Shown here in pieces: positions 18,273-26,704 of a stretch of 34,556 nucleotides of DNA. How positions within the stretch are numbered: position 1 is the first letter of the stretch; each line of letters begins with the position of its first letter. The DNA is taken from positions 1 to 34,556 of IMG/VR virus record IMGVR_UViG_3300038423_000572; one strand, 5' to 3'. The notes beneath the pieces were generated by a model. The model had not been told where the DNA came from. It searched no databases and saw only the letters and a list, made by a program, of their open reading frames with translations. The translations under genes and the position numbers were made by a program. Source of the stretch: a virus (taxonomy: Duplodnaviria; Caudoviricetes).

Positions 18273-18818
18273 ATGAGAAAGCCCCGCTCAGACGCCATCC
18301 TGTTGAACCTGCCGGAAGACCAGCAGGCGAAGCTCGCTGACTGGTTGCTCTCGGGCGTGCCCTACCATGAGGCCCGCCTTCTGACCGAGAAAGAGTTCGG
18401 CGTCACCCTGCGCTCGCTCGATCCCTTCAAGCGGTTCTGGCAGGACGTTTGCACCCCGCACCTGCTCGAGCGCCGGCGCCGCGCGGTCACCACCGCCGAT
18501 GAACGCGCCGAAGACGCGAAGGCGCACCCGGCCCAGTTCGACGCCGCCACGCTCGACGCTATCAAACAGAAGGCCTACGAGATCTCCGAGTCGCCCCAGG
18601 CAAAACCCCAGGAGGTCAAGACTATCCTTGCCTTGCTCCTCAAGGTCCGCGACCAGGACCTTCAAGAGCGCCGCCTGGGCTTCGACCAGACCCGCTTCAG
18701 CGAGGCCTCCCGCACAAAACAGCAGGCCGGCCTCGAGTGGGTTGCGGACGCCTTCAAGGACAACCCCGCCGCCCTGGCCAAATACCAGGAAGCCCGCGCC
18801 ATGATCGAACCAGCATGA
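18273..18818 (+). CDS. Terminase small subunit-like (Mu gp27/DUF3486-like)
   Basis: RKPRSDAILLNLPEDQQAKLADWL...Y; position after gp26-like gene. Confidence 0.7.
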   Translation: MRKPRSDAILLNLPEDQQAKLADWLLSGVPYHEARLLTEKEFGVTLRSLDPFKRFWQDVCTPHLLERRRRAVTTADERAEDAKAHPAQFDAATLDAIKQKAYEISESPQAKPQEVKTILALLLKVRDQDLQERRLGFDQTRFSEASRTKQQAGLEWVADAFKDNPAALAKYQEARAMIEPA

Positions 18819-19033
18819 ACCTTCCCCACTCGACACCCGATTCTCAGCCCTCGGCCCTTTTGTCCCAGGATGCGCCGGAAGACCGCCCAGGTAAGAAAGT
18901 GGCGGCTCGCGTCTGGAGCCACCTATTCAAGGCGCCTGCGCATTCTTCAAGGCGGTTTAGAGCCAGTGGCAGGATCGCGACCCGGCTCCGTAAACCCGCT
19001 TTTGGCCCTCTGGCCGGAGGGGCGCCATGCTGA
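18815..19033 (+). CDS. Possible small hypothetical protein
   Basis: ATGA overlap with terS stop; weakly protein-like. Confidence 0.3.
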   Translation: MNLPHSTPDSQPSALLSQDAPEDRPGKKVAARVWSHLFKAPAHSSRRFRASGRIATRLRKPAFGPLAGGAPC

Positions 19034-19440
19034 CACCCACGCGCCTCTTGATCGGCGTGGCGGCCCTGCGCGCGGTCACGCGCCAATTCGGCGTGGGCAC
19101 AATCGCCATGGACCTCCCCGTCTGCCCGCAGATATTCTATTGGCCGCGCGTTGCGGCGATGACCCTCTGTCTCGAAGGCGGCCTGAATGCCGACGAGACC
19201 AGCCGGCTTTTCAATTGCAGCCCCAAAATGGTTGCGACCGTCTCCGAAGCCAACGCGTTCCGCTTGAAGATCGATCCGCACTGGCGCCGGGCCATGTCCG
19301 ACGCCCTGGACAATTTCAACGAACTGCTGGCCGCATACGCTGAAACCGTCTCGTTTCCCGAGCCCGAAAAGGCTGAGACCGAGGAAGAAGAAAAGGGCCG
19401 CCTCAAACGCCTCGAGAGCCTGGCAAGTTTCTCCACATGA
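19027..19440 (+). CDS. DnaA domain IV-like HTH protein
   Basis: ALRAVTRQFGV...YWPRVAAMTLCLEGGLNADETSRLFN...RLKIDPHWR. Confidence 0.6.
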   Translation: MLTPTRLLIGVAALRAVTRQFGVGTIAMDLPVCPQIFYWPRVAAMTLCLEGGLNADETSRLFNCSPKMVATVSEANAFRLKIDPHWRRAMSDALDNFNELLAAYAETVSFPEPEKAETEEEEKGRLKRLESLASFST

Positions 19441-19775
19441 AAACCAAACCATTGCCGCAACGCATGCCAGCGGCGCCCCCTCTCAATGGAGCCGCCCGGC
19501 GCCGGTCCTCGGGCGCGAAGTTCAATTTCACCAAGCCCCCCGTCGCCATGGTTATGCCCGCCCTCCCTCGCCAGGCAGGGCCGTTCCCCGAGCCCCCCTT
19601 GCTCACCGTCTCCCAAGTCGCACGGCGCCTAAACGTCAGCCGCTGCCACGTCAGCCAGCTTATTGAGGCGCGCTCCTTGCCCGCCATCAATGTCGGGACC
19701 GGGGCCTACAAGTTCTGGCGCATCCCCGTCGCCGCCTTTGAGGCCTTCCTCAAAGCGCGAGTGCTGAGCCAATGA
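19437..19775 (+). CDS. Excisionase-family HTH_17 DNA-binding protein
   Basis: LLTVSQVARRLNVSRCHVSQLIEARSLPAINVG...WRIP. Confidence 0.85.
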   Translation: MKTKPLPQRMPAAPPLNGAARRRSSGAKFNFTKPPVAMVMPALPRQAGPFPEPPLLTVSQVARRLNVSRCHVSQLIEARSLPAINVGTGAYKFWRIPVAAFEAFLKARVLSQ

Positions 19776-19791
19776 ACCCGAGCAAGCCACA

Positions 19792-22215
19792 GTGAAACGG
19801 AATTCCACATACGATGCGGGCGGCCTCTCCTCGGCCAATAACCGGCGCCAGCCGGTGAAGGAAAAGTGCGCCAGTGACGCCGCCCGCGAGCTTCTTGACC
19901 ATGGGCCCAAGCGACCCGCGCGCGCAAGCGCAGCGACCGAGCCCGGCCGGCCGGCGAGCCCGGCAGGTAGCGCGAGCGCGGCGGCGAGGCCAGACGATAA
20001 GCCGGGGGGCGCGGGAGGTTGTTGGCCCGCGCCCCAGGCCGTCCGACCCGTAGCGGCGCCTCGCCTGCCCGTCGTAACCCCAGCGAAGGCGGGGCAGAGC
20101 GGCGCCGATCTCCTGGACGCCCAACTGTCCCGATCGAAGAAAATCGGCAATGCCCCGCCTTGCGCCTCCTTTGCAGACTTCCTTCGCAATCATGCACGGG
20201 TCTTGCAACGCGACGGCACGGGCGGTGCATTCTCGATGCAGGGCCGCGCGCCCCTCGAGCTCATCGTTGACTGGTTGGACAAAATCACCCGCAACACACT
20301 GGACGCCCAGCCGGTGGACATCGACGGTGTGCGGTTCAGTCCCCACCAGCTTAAGGGCGCTACCGTCGCCGTGGGCGGCGGGGCCCAGTTCGGCAAGACG
20401 GTGCTCGAGCTGAACCTCATGGCCTACATCACGGCCATCCGTTTCCAGAGCGTCGGCAATTACCTTCCGGACCGGCTCAAGGTCGAGGAGATCGTGGGCC
20501 AGAAATTCCGGCCCAACGTGGTGGACCTTTATCCGTGGATGGCGGAAATGATCCAACTGGGCAAGGTCGAGAACGCCAGCGGCAAGACCATCGACCGCAA
20601 GGAAAGCTTCACCGTCACAGACGGTGAAAGAAAGGCCTTCGGCAATTTCTGCGGCATGCACCGCGTGCCGACCTCGCTGACGCTGGACCTGGCGTTGCTG
20701 GACGAGGTGGATGACATCGATGACCGCAACATCGGCTACGTCGATGCGCGCATGACCAACTCGCCCCTGCATTTGACCTGCTTCATCGGCACTCAACGCA
20801 TTGCCGGCGCCGGCCAGAATGCCCGGCTCAAGGCCTCGAGCTTCCACGTCAAGATGGTGCCCTGCCCGAAGTGCGGCCGTGAATGGTGCCTCGAGGAAGA
20901 ATTCCCCCGTTGTATCCGCATACGCAGGCCCGATGGTCACTCAGCCACCTGGCGCGCCGCCATAGCCGTAGCGGCGTCTCGGCAGAGCGCCGCCGATCCC
21001 ATCGTCTCGCCCGAAATCGGCCACGACCGCCTCGCCCATTACTACATCGCCTGTCCTGAGTGCGGGACCGAGCTGGACCGGGATGCCGGCCACTATGTGG
21101 CAAAGCACCCGGAGCGAATTGCCCAGGCCCGCCTGGGCGTCCGCGTCTCTCAGCTCAACATCAGCGCCATCAGCATGCAGGAAATCATTGGCGCCTGGTA
21201 TGCCGCCTTTGAGGACCCGTCCGGCTCCGCAATGCAGGCATTCTACTGCGATCGGGTGGCCATTCCCAACGCCGGCGCCGCCCAGCCCATCACCCAGGCG
21301 GTACTGGACGATTGCCGCAAGCTCGGCCTGGCCGAGAAGCCCGAGGCCGCCGAGCCATACGGCATGAGCCTGTTTCGACCTCCGCCCGCAACGGTCCGCG
21401 TCGCCGGCATGGACATGGGGCCTCGCTGCTGGTTCTGGTGTGACGAAATCCGCGGGCCGCTGGTCAGCGCCTGTGTCTGGGCTGAGCTGATAGCCAGCGG
21501 GACCGCGCCGGCGCGAGTGCCAATACTGATGAGCGCGCTCGGCATTGGCTGTCTGTTTTTGGACGCGGGCGGCGAGCCCGACTTGACCAAGCGCCTCGTT
21601 CTGGCGCTCAACGGGCTGGAGAATTATCAGCCGCCGATAGCGCCGAAAAGCGAGTTGCTCAAGATGACCCTCTCCAATCTGGGCGCGGGACTGTCTTGGG
21701 ATGGCCAGCGGGCGCGGTGGCGCGGTATCCGCGCAGCGGCTGTGCTTTTTGTCGCGGGCGAGGCGCGCGGGATCGAGCAGACGATCGGGTTCACTCAAGA
21801 GGGCCGAATCTATCCGCTCATCAAAACCAACCGCAGTGAAAGCATCCAGACTGCGGTGAACGATTTCCTGGGTCCCAAGGACGGTGTCATTGAGATGGTC
21901 GGCGGCGACGGCGGCAAGGCGGTCCGGATCTTGCGCCGGGCGCGCCTGCCCCAAACCTACATCGGACCTGGTGTGAGCCAGGCCGTGCTTGACGGCCATC
22001 TGCTGAATGTCCGCAAAGAGCGCGACGTCGGCACTGGCCAGGAAGATTGGATCGAGGGGATCGAAAACCATCTGGGCCTGGCCAAGTGCTATGCGCGCCT
22101 GGCGGCCACGATTTGCTCGGCTGGCGAGGGACCGCCCCCTCTGATGCCAATGGCCTTCAGCGGCAAGCGGGCAAAGATCCTGGCCGAGAGGCGCGATAGG
22201 AGCGTGCTGGCGTGA
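19792..22215 (+). CDS. Terminase large subunit, lambda GpA-like
   Basis: GGAQFGKT, LALLDEVD, CPKC/CPEC, RVAGMDMG, LFLDAGG; first ~120 aa low complexity so start uncertain. Confidence 0.82.
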   Translation: MKRNSTYDAGGLSSANNRRQPVKEKCASDAARELLDHGPKRPARASAATEPGRPASPAGSASAAARPDDKPGGAGGCWPAPQAVRPVAAPRLPVVTPAKAGQSGADLLDAQLSRSKKIGNAPPCASFADFLRNHARVLQRDGTGGAFSMQGRAPLELIVDWLDKITRNTLDAQPVDIDGVRFSPHQLKGATVAVGGGAQFGKTVLELNLMAYITAIRFQSVGNYLPDRLKVEEIVGQKFRPNVVDLYPWMAEMIQLGKVENASGKTIDRKESFTVTDGERKAFGNFCGMHRVPTSLTLDLALLDEVDDIDDRNIGYVDARMTNSPLHLTCFIGTQRIAGAGQNARLKASSFHVKMVPCPKCGREWCLEEEFPRCIRIRRPDGHSATWRAAIAVAASRQSAADPIVSPEIGHDRLAHYYIACPECGTELDRDAGHYVAKHPERIAQARLGVRVSQLNISAISMQEIIGAWYAAFEDPSGSAMQAFYCDRVAIPNAGAAQPITQAVLDDCRKLGLAEKPEAAEPYGMSLFRPPPATVRVAGMDMGPRCWFWCDEIRGPLVSACVWAELIASGTAPARVPILMSALGIGCLFLDAGGEPDLTKRLVLALNGLENYQPPIAPKSELLKMTLSNLGAGLSWDGQRARWRGIRAAAVLFVAGEARGIEQTIGFTQEGRIYPLIKTNRSESIQTAVNDFLGPKDGVIEMVGGDGGKAVRILRRARLPQTYIGPGVSQAVLDGHLLNVRKERDVGTGQEDWIEGIENHLGLAKCYARLAATICSAGEGPPPLMPMAFSGKRAKILAERRDRSVLA
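20968..20993 (+). repeat. GTAG-REP-like hairpin copy 3 (in frame in terminase)
   Basis: GTAGCGGCGTCTCGGCAGAGCGCCGC. Confidence 0.85.
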
Positions 22216-24944
22216 AAACAACCGCAAAGAACGCGAAGACAGCGCCGGTGAAGGCCAGAGCCGAAGAGAATCCGGAGGCGACCCCCACGCTCAGCACGGC
22301 GCCTGGCGGCGTCGAGAGGGTCGCGGATATAATCCAGCAACCCATGGTCGCCCCGGCTCCAAAGGCCGGTGACAAGTTAACGCGCGGTGGCACTGCTTCC
22401 GGCCGGCCGGGACAGATCGTTACCGCCGCCAACCGCTGGCGCGAAAACTACAACCCGCTCCGCGGCCTCACCATGCGCCGCGTGGTCGAGCTCCTCGAGC
22501 TTTCCCAGCGCGGCGACACTGCCTATTGCCAATGGACCTACCGCAAGATCGAGCGCGCCTACTACCTGCTCAGCGCCCTTATCACCCGCTGTGAGGCGCC
22601 GCTATTGGGCTTCGATTGGGAAATCAAAACCAAAGAAGACCTCCCGGACGGTGCTACGCCGGAAATGGCCGACGCCCAGGCCAAGGCCCTCAAAGAAGCC
22701 TACAACCGCATCGATAACCTCAAGGCGGCCGTCGCTCACCTGCACCTTGCCCACTTCCGCGGCTACGCCCATCTGCAAAAGCACCGCGATGCGGACGGCC
22801 AGGTCTATCACCTCGAACCCCTCCATCAATGGTGCGTCTGCCGCGACGGCCTGGATGGCAACTGGTTCTGGAACCCGGACAGTCGCTCGAGTTCCGCGCC
22901 GCTCATGTTCCTTGGCGCCAACTTCTGCATCGGCCGCGAGAACCTGCCACTCGAGGACTTCATCATCGTCGAAGAGCCCCGCCCCATTGACGAAATCGCA
23001 CTGGTGAATTTCGTCCGCGCCAACCTGGCGGAAAAAGACTGGGACGGCTTTGTCGAAATTTACGCCATTCCGGGCGGCGTCGTAACCATGCCTCCCAACG
23101 TCCCGCAGGGCAAGGAACACGATTATGAGGAGGCCGCGCAGAGAGTCGCCGAGGGTGGAAGCGGCGCCATCCCGAACGGCAGTTCCTATAAGGCCAACGA
23201 TCATCCGCGCGGCGTTGATCCCTTCACGCCCCGCCTCAACCGATTGGATATGGAGTTGGTGCTGGCGGCCACCGGCGGCAAGCTCACCATGCTCGCCGAA
23301 AGCGGCTCTGGCACCCTCGCCGGCGGCGCCCACCAGGATACCTTCGATGAAATCGCCGGAGGCCGCGCCGCAACCATCTCCGAGGAATTCCAGCGCCAGT
23401 TCGATGCCGAGATCTTGGCCGCCCAATTCCCAGGCCAGCCTGCGCTCGCCTACTGGCAACTTTCCGCCAAAGCCGAGGTCAACATCGATGGACTCGTCAA
23501 GAATGTGGTCGCCCTCAGCACGGCGGGAAAGAAGGCCGAGACGGCATGGCTTGAGGAAAAGACCGGCTACCAGCTCGAGGACGAACCCACGCCAGCCCCC
23601 GGCGCTCCTAATCCTAATCGTAATCCTAATCCCGGCGAGGGTCCGGGACCAGACGGATCCCCGGCCCACGAAGCGGCCGAGAGTCCCCAGACTGAGGCCG
23701 CCGAACAAGCCCAGCCTGGCGGGGACGATGATCCGATAGATAACCGGGACGCAGAGATGCGGCGGTTGATTCTGAATGGGGCCGGCAATCCGAACCATGA
23801 CGAGAAAGGCCAATTTGCCAGCGGTCCCGAGCTGGCCGCCTTTCATGACCGGGCCATTGCCTCGACGGATCCGTCGCATCGGGTAATGAGTTACCGGCCG
23901 GTGGATGAAGATGAGGCCGGGCGGATCAAGACCGCAACCGGCCTCGAGGTCTCGGGCCACGTCCATGCGGTGGACAATTACGCGTTGCGCCATATCCACA
24001 AAGAGCACGGCGATAAAGAGCGGGAGGAACCGCGTGGCCAGGTGGCGGTAACTCGGGAGGATATTGCGGCGTTGCCGGAGACGATTGGCAAGGCGGACAC
24101 CATCGAGCATGCCGGCCGGACTAAACTGGGAAGGGACGGCATCCGCTATACGCGGAAAACGGCGGCCACCACCGTTGTAGTGGAAGAGGTCCGGACGAAG
24201 GCCAGGCAATTAGTCCCGGTGTCAGTGGTGAAGTTTAAGAACCGGGCGACGATTGATGCTGGCGAGCCAACCCCAATCTCTACGGCCGAACCGCTTCGCC
24301 CGAACCAAACGATAATCCGCAACTCGGCGCGCGTCAACGACAATTCGGCGCCGGGGTTTGTGGCGGCTGTGGGCGAGGACCTCGGCCATGTGCTGGAGCG
24401 GCTCGGGAAAATCCTCGAGATCCAAGATGACGCGATCTTCTCCCATAAACTCAAAGTGTTCCTGGCGGATTTTCCACAGCTCCAAAAGGACGTCCTTGCG
24501 GATCCAGCCGCCGCGCGGGCGCTCCAACCAGTCATCGAACAGGCGTTCCTCGAGGGCCTCAAGTCCAAGCCCATGGTCGCCAATCGCGGCGGCTTCGATG
24601 AATCCCTCCATCCCCGTGATGAGAGCGGCAAATTCTCCGAGTCCGACCAAGGCCCGTCCTGGAAAGCTTCCGCCCATGCCGGCGACGCCACTGAGAAGGC
24701 CCAGGGCACCGACCTCCCCGAGGATCATGAAGCGGCTCATGAGGCACACCGCCGCGCTGAATCAGCCCACGCGGCGGCGGCTGTCCATGCCCGCGATAAA
24801 GGCGACGAAGAAAACGGCCGTCTCCATGAAAACCAGCGCAGACACCATCACAGCATGGCCATCTGGCACGGCGCCCGCGCCCAGATGACCGGCCAGGCCC
24901 GCGCCGAAAAAACTGCTGACCAGCGGGAAGGCCGGCAACAATGA
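22212..24944 (+). CDS. Mu gp29/DUF935 portal protein with long C-terminal extension (PBECR3-like nuclease and His-rich domain)
   Basis: RGLTMRRV...WDGFVEIYAIP...GGKLTMLAESGSGTLAGGAH portal motifs in aa ~70-455; LRHIHKEHG..E..RGQVAVTRED nuclease-like motif. Confidence 0.88.
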   Translation: MKTTAKNAKTAPVKARAEENPEATPTLSTAPGGVERVADIIQQPMVAPAPKAGDKLTRGGTASGRPGQIVTAANRWRENYNPLRGLTMRRVVELLELSQRGDTAYCQWTYRKIERAYYLLSALITRCEAPLLGFDWEIKTKEDLPDGATPEMADAQAKALKEAYNRIDNLKAAVAHLHLAHFRGYAHLQKHRDADGQVYHLEPLHQWCVCRDGLDGNWFWNPDSRSSSAPLMFLGANFCIGRENLPLEDFIIVEEPRPIDEIALVNFVRANLAEKDWDGFVEIYAIPGGVVTMPPNVPQGKEHDYEEAAQRVAEGGSGAIPNGSSYKANDHPRGVDPFTPRLNRLDMELVLAATGGKLTMLAESGSGTLAGGAHQDTFDEIAGGRAATISEEFQRQFDAEILAAQFPGQPALAYWQLSAKAEVNIDGLVKNVVALSTAGKKAETAWLEEKTGYQLEDEPTPAPGAPNPNRNPNPGEGPGPDGSPAHEAAESPQTEAAEQAQPGGDDDPIDNRDAEMRRLILNGAGNPNHDEKGQFASGPELAAFHDRAIASTDPSHRVMSYRPVDEDEAGRIKTATGLEVSGHVHAVDNYALRHIHKEHGDKEREEPRGQVAVTREDIAALPETIGKADTIEHAGRTKLGRDGIRYTRKTAATTVVVEEVRTKARQLVPVSVVKFKNRATIDAGEPTPISTAEPLRPNQTIIRNSARVNDNSAPGFVAAVGEDLGHVLERLGKILEIQDDAIFSHKLKVFLADFPQLQKDVLADPAAARALQPVIEQAFLEGLKSKPMVANRGGFDESLHPRDESGKFSESDQGPSWKASAHAGDATEKAQGTDLPEDHEAAHEAHRRAESAHAAAAVHARDKGDEENGRLHENQRRHHHSMAIWHGARAQMTGQARAEKTADQREGRQQ

Positions 24945-24975
24945 CGCCATAATTCCCATCAATCCCATACCTCTC

Positions 24976-26217
24976 ATGAGCAAACCCAAATGTGAACACA
25001 TGAACGAAGACGGGACCTTCAAAGGCGGCTTTGACGGTTGTGTCTTGCACATGACCACCTGCGAGGGCCACTCCGAGGAAAGCGCCAAAAAGATTTGCGG
25101 CAAGATCGCGCAGAACGTCTCCAACCGCGACCTTGGCGACCCTCTGAACCGCCCCATTCTCAATCGCAATTTCCAGCACCCTGCGGATGGTTGGTATCAG
25201 CTCGAGGCCAAAGGCGAGCACCCGGCCCGCGACCGGGGCATCATCCAGGTCATCGATGACACAGCCATCCAATCCATCGTCAATCGGTTCAATGCGGACG
25301 CTGATGCCGGCCGGCTCTCCCACGGCGCCGAAATGCTCATCGATCACGAGCACTTCAAGCACGACCTCGACAAGGAATCCACCGCTTACGGCTGGCTGAA
25401 CCGGCTCCAGGGCCGCGCTGATGGTTATTATGGGCGCATCCGGTGGACTGCGACGGGCAAGCCGGCCGTGGATGGCGGAGACTACCGGTTCTTCTCCACC
25501 GAGTATGACGCGCGAGACCTCAAGGTCCTGAACTCTGAGGGCAAGCTCAAGCGCATGCGGCCGACTCGGCTGGACGGGCTTTCGCTTACCAACAGCCCCA
25601 ATAATAAGGGCGGGAAACCGATCACCAACCGGGACCAATTTCGCGGCGCTTCCGCGCCGGCGGATAACACACAAACTCCTAACCAAAGGAAACCAATGCA
25701 GACCGTAGCAACCCGGCTTGGTTTGTCCGCCGACGCGTCCGAAGAGGCCGTCCTGGCGGAAGTGGTCAAGCTGATGAACCGAGCCACCCAGGCCGAGGCC
25801 CAGGTGGAACCGCTCAAGGTCCAAGTGAAAGACCTTGGGGACCAAAACCAAACGCTCCTGGGCGAGCAGTGCGATGCGCTGATGGATGGCCATGGCATCA
25901 AAAAAGACGATAAGATCCGGAACCGGCTCCGCCCGATCCTCGTCACCCTCAAAAACCGTGAGGAGCGGGTGACCGCGCTCAGCGAGTTCGGCTTCAAGCC
26001 CGTCGAGGCCGCGCCCGCCCGAGAGCAGACCAAGCTCTTCAATCGCCAGACCAAGCCGCCAGGCGGAAAGGTGGGGGAGGAAACGCCGAGCCGGGACGAA
26101 ACGCTCAAGGCGAACAAGATCATGAACCGGGCGGCGGAGTTGAGAAAGGAAACACCGACCCTGGGCCTCGCGACCTCCGTCGTCATGGCGCAAAAGGAGA
26201 TCGAGAACGCGGGTTAA
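24976..26217 (+). CDS. Mu gpI-like prohead protease/scaffold
   Basis: LIDHEH, AYGWL, IRWT..G...V..GDYRFFS, LTNSP. Confidence 0.9.
   Translation: MSKPKCEHMNEDGTFKGGFDGCVLHMTTCEGHSEESAKKICGKIAQNVSNRDLGDPLNRPILNRNFQHPADGWYQLEAKGEHPARDRGIIQVIDDTAIQSIVNRFNADADAGRLSHGAEMLIDHEHFKHDLDKESTAYGWLNRLQGRADGYYGRIRWTATGKPAVDGGDYRFFSTEYDARDLKVLNSEGKLKRMRPTRLDGLSLTNSPNNKGGKPITNRDQFRGASAPADNTQTPNQRKPMQTVATRLGLSADASEEAVLAEVVKLMNRATQAEAQVEPLKVQVKDLGDQNQTLLGEQCDALMDGHGIKKDDKIRNRLRPILVTLKNREERVTALSEFGFKPVEAAPAREQTKLFNRQTKPPGGKVGEETPSRDETLKANKIMNRAAELRKETPTLGLATSVVMAQKEIENAG
25696..26217 (+). CDS. Nested scaffold (Mu gpZ-like) from internal start
   Basis: AAGGAA upstream of in-frame ATG; MQTVATRLGLSADASEEAVLAEV is a typical scaffold start. 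Confidence 0.6.
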   Translation: MQTVATRLGLSADASEEAVLAEVVKLMNRATQAEAQVEPLKVQVKDLGDQNQTLLGEQCDALMDGHGIKKDDKIRNRLRPILVTLKNREERVTALSEFGFKPVEAAPAREQTKLFNRQTKPPGGKVGEETPSRDETLKANKIMNRAAELRKETPTLGLATSVVMAQKEIENAG

Positions 26218-26274
26218 TCGGCCCTTAACCGCAAAGAACGCAAAGAACACAAAAACCGAAAAACGAACCAAAAT

Positions 26275-26700
26275 ATGAACGTTATTCTCAATCCCAGCCA
26301 GGGCGACACCAAGCGGGGCGACATCACGTTGCCCGCTAACTCGAACCTGACCGACAAGGAAAATCTCCTTTGGAAAATCGTCAACCGCAACGGCTCCCCG
26401 GCTTTCGACCTGCCTGGCGCCGTAACCGACATCGCCTGCTTCGTTGGCGCCAGCGGCGATGTCCAGGGCAACCAGGTTGCCGCCGAGGCTCCCAGCATGG
26501 ACCAAAACTGCCGCATCCTCCTGGACCTGACCTGCAACCCCGGCGACAAGCTCGCCCTCAGCCCCAACATCTGGGGCCGCGTCTATGCGCCGCAAACCGG
26601 GGCAGGCGCAACCCTTGTGGAGTTCGTTGCCGAGGAAGCCGGCATCGCCGGCCAGCTCCTCCTCTGCCGGAGAATCCCCGCGCGTCTGGTGACCTTCTAA
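26275..26700 (+). CDS. Capsid cement/decoration protein
   Basis: Between scaffold and capsid; CNPGDKL...G...AEEAG.AGQL pattern (DUF2190-like). Confidence 0.7.
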   Translation: MNVILNPSQGDTKRGDITLPANSNLTDKENLLWKIVNRNGSPAFDLPGAVTDIACFVGASGDVQGNQVAAEAPSMDQNCRILLDLTCNPGDKLALSPNIWGRVYAPQTGAGATLVEFVAEEAGIAGQLLLCRRIPARLVTF

Positions 26701-26704
26701 CCGC

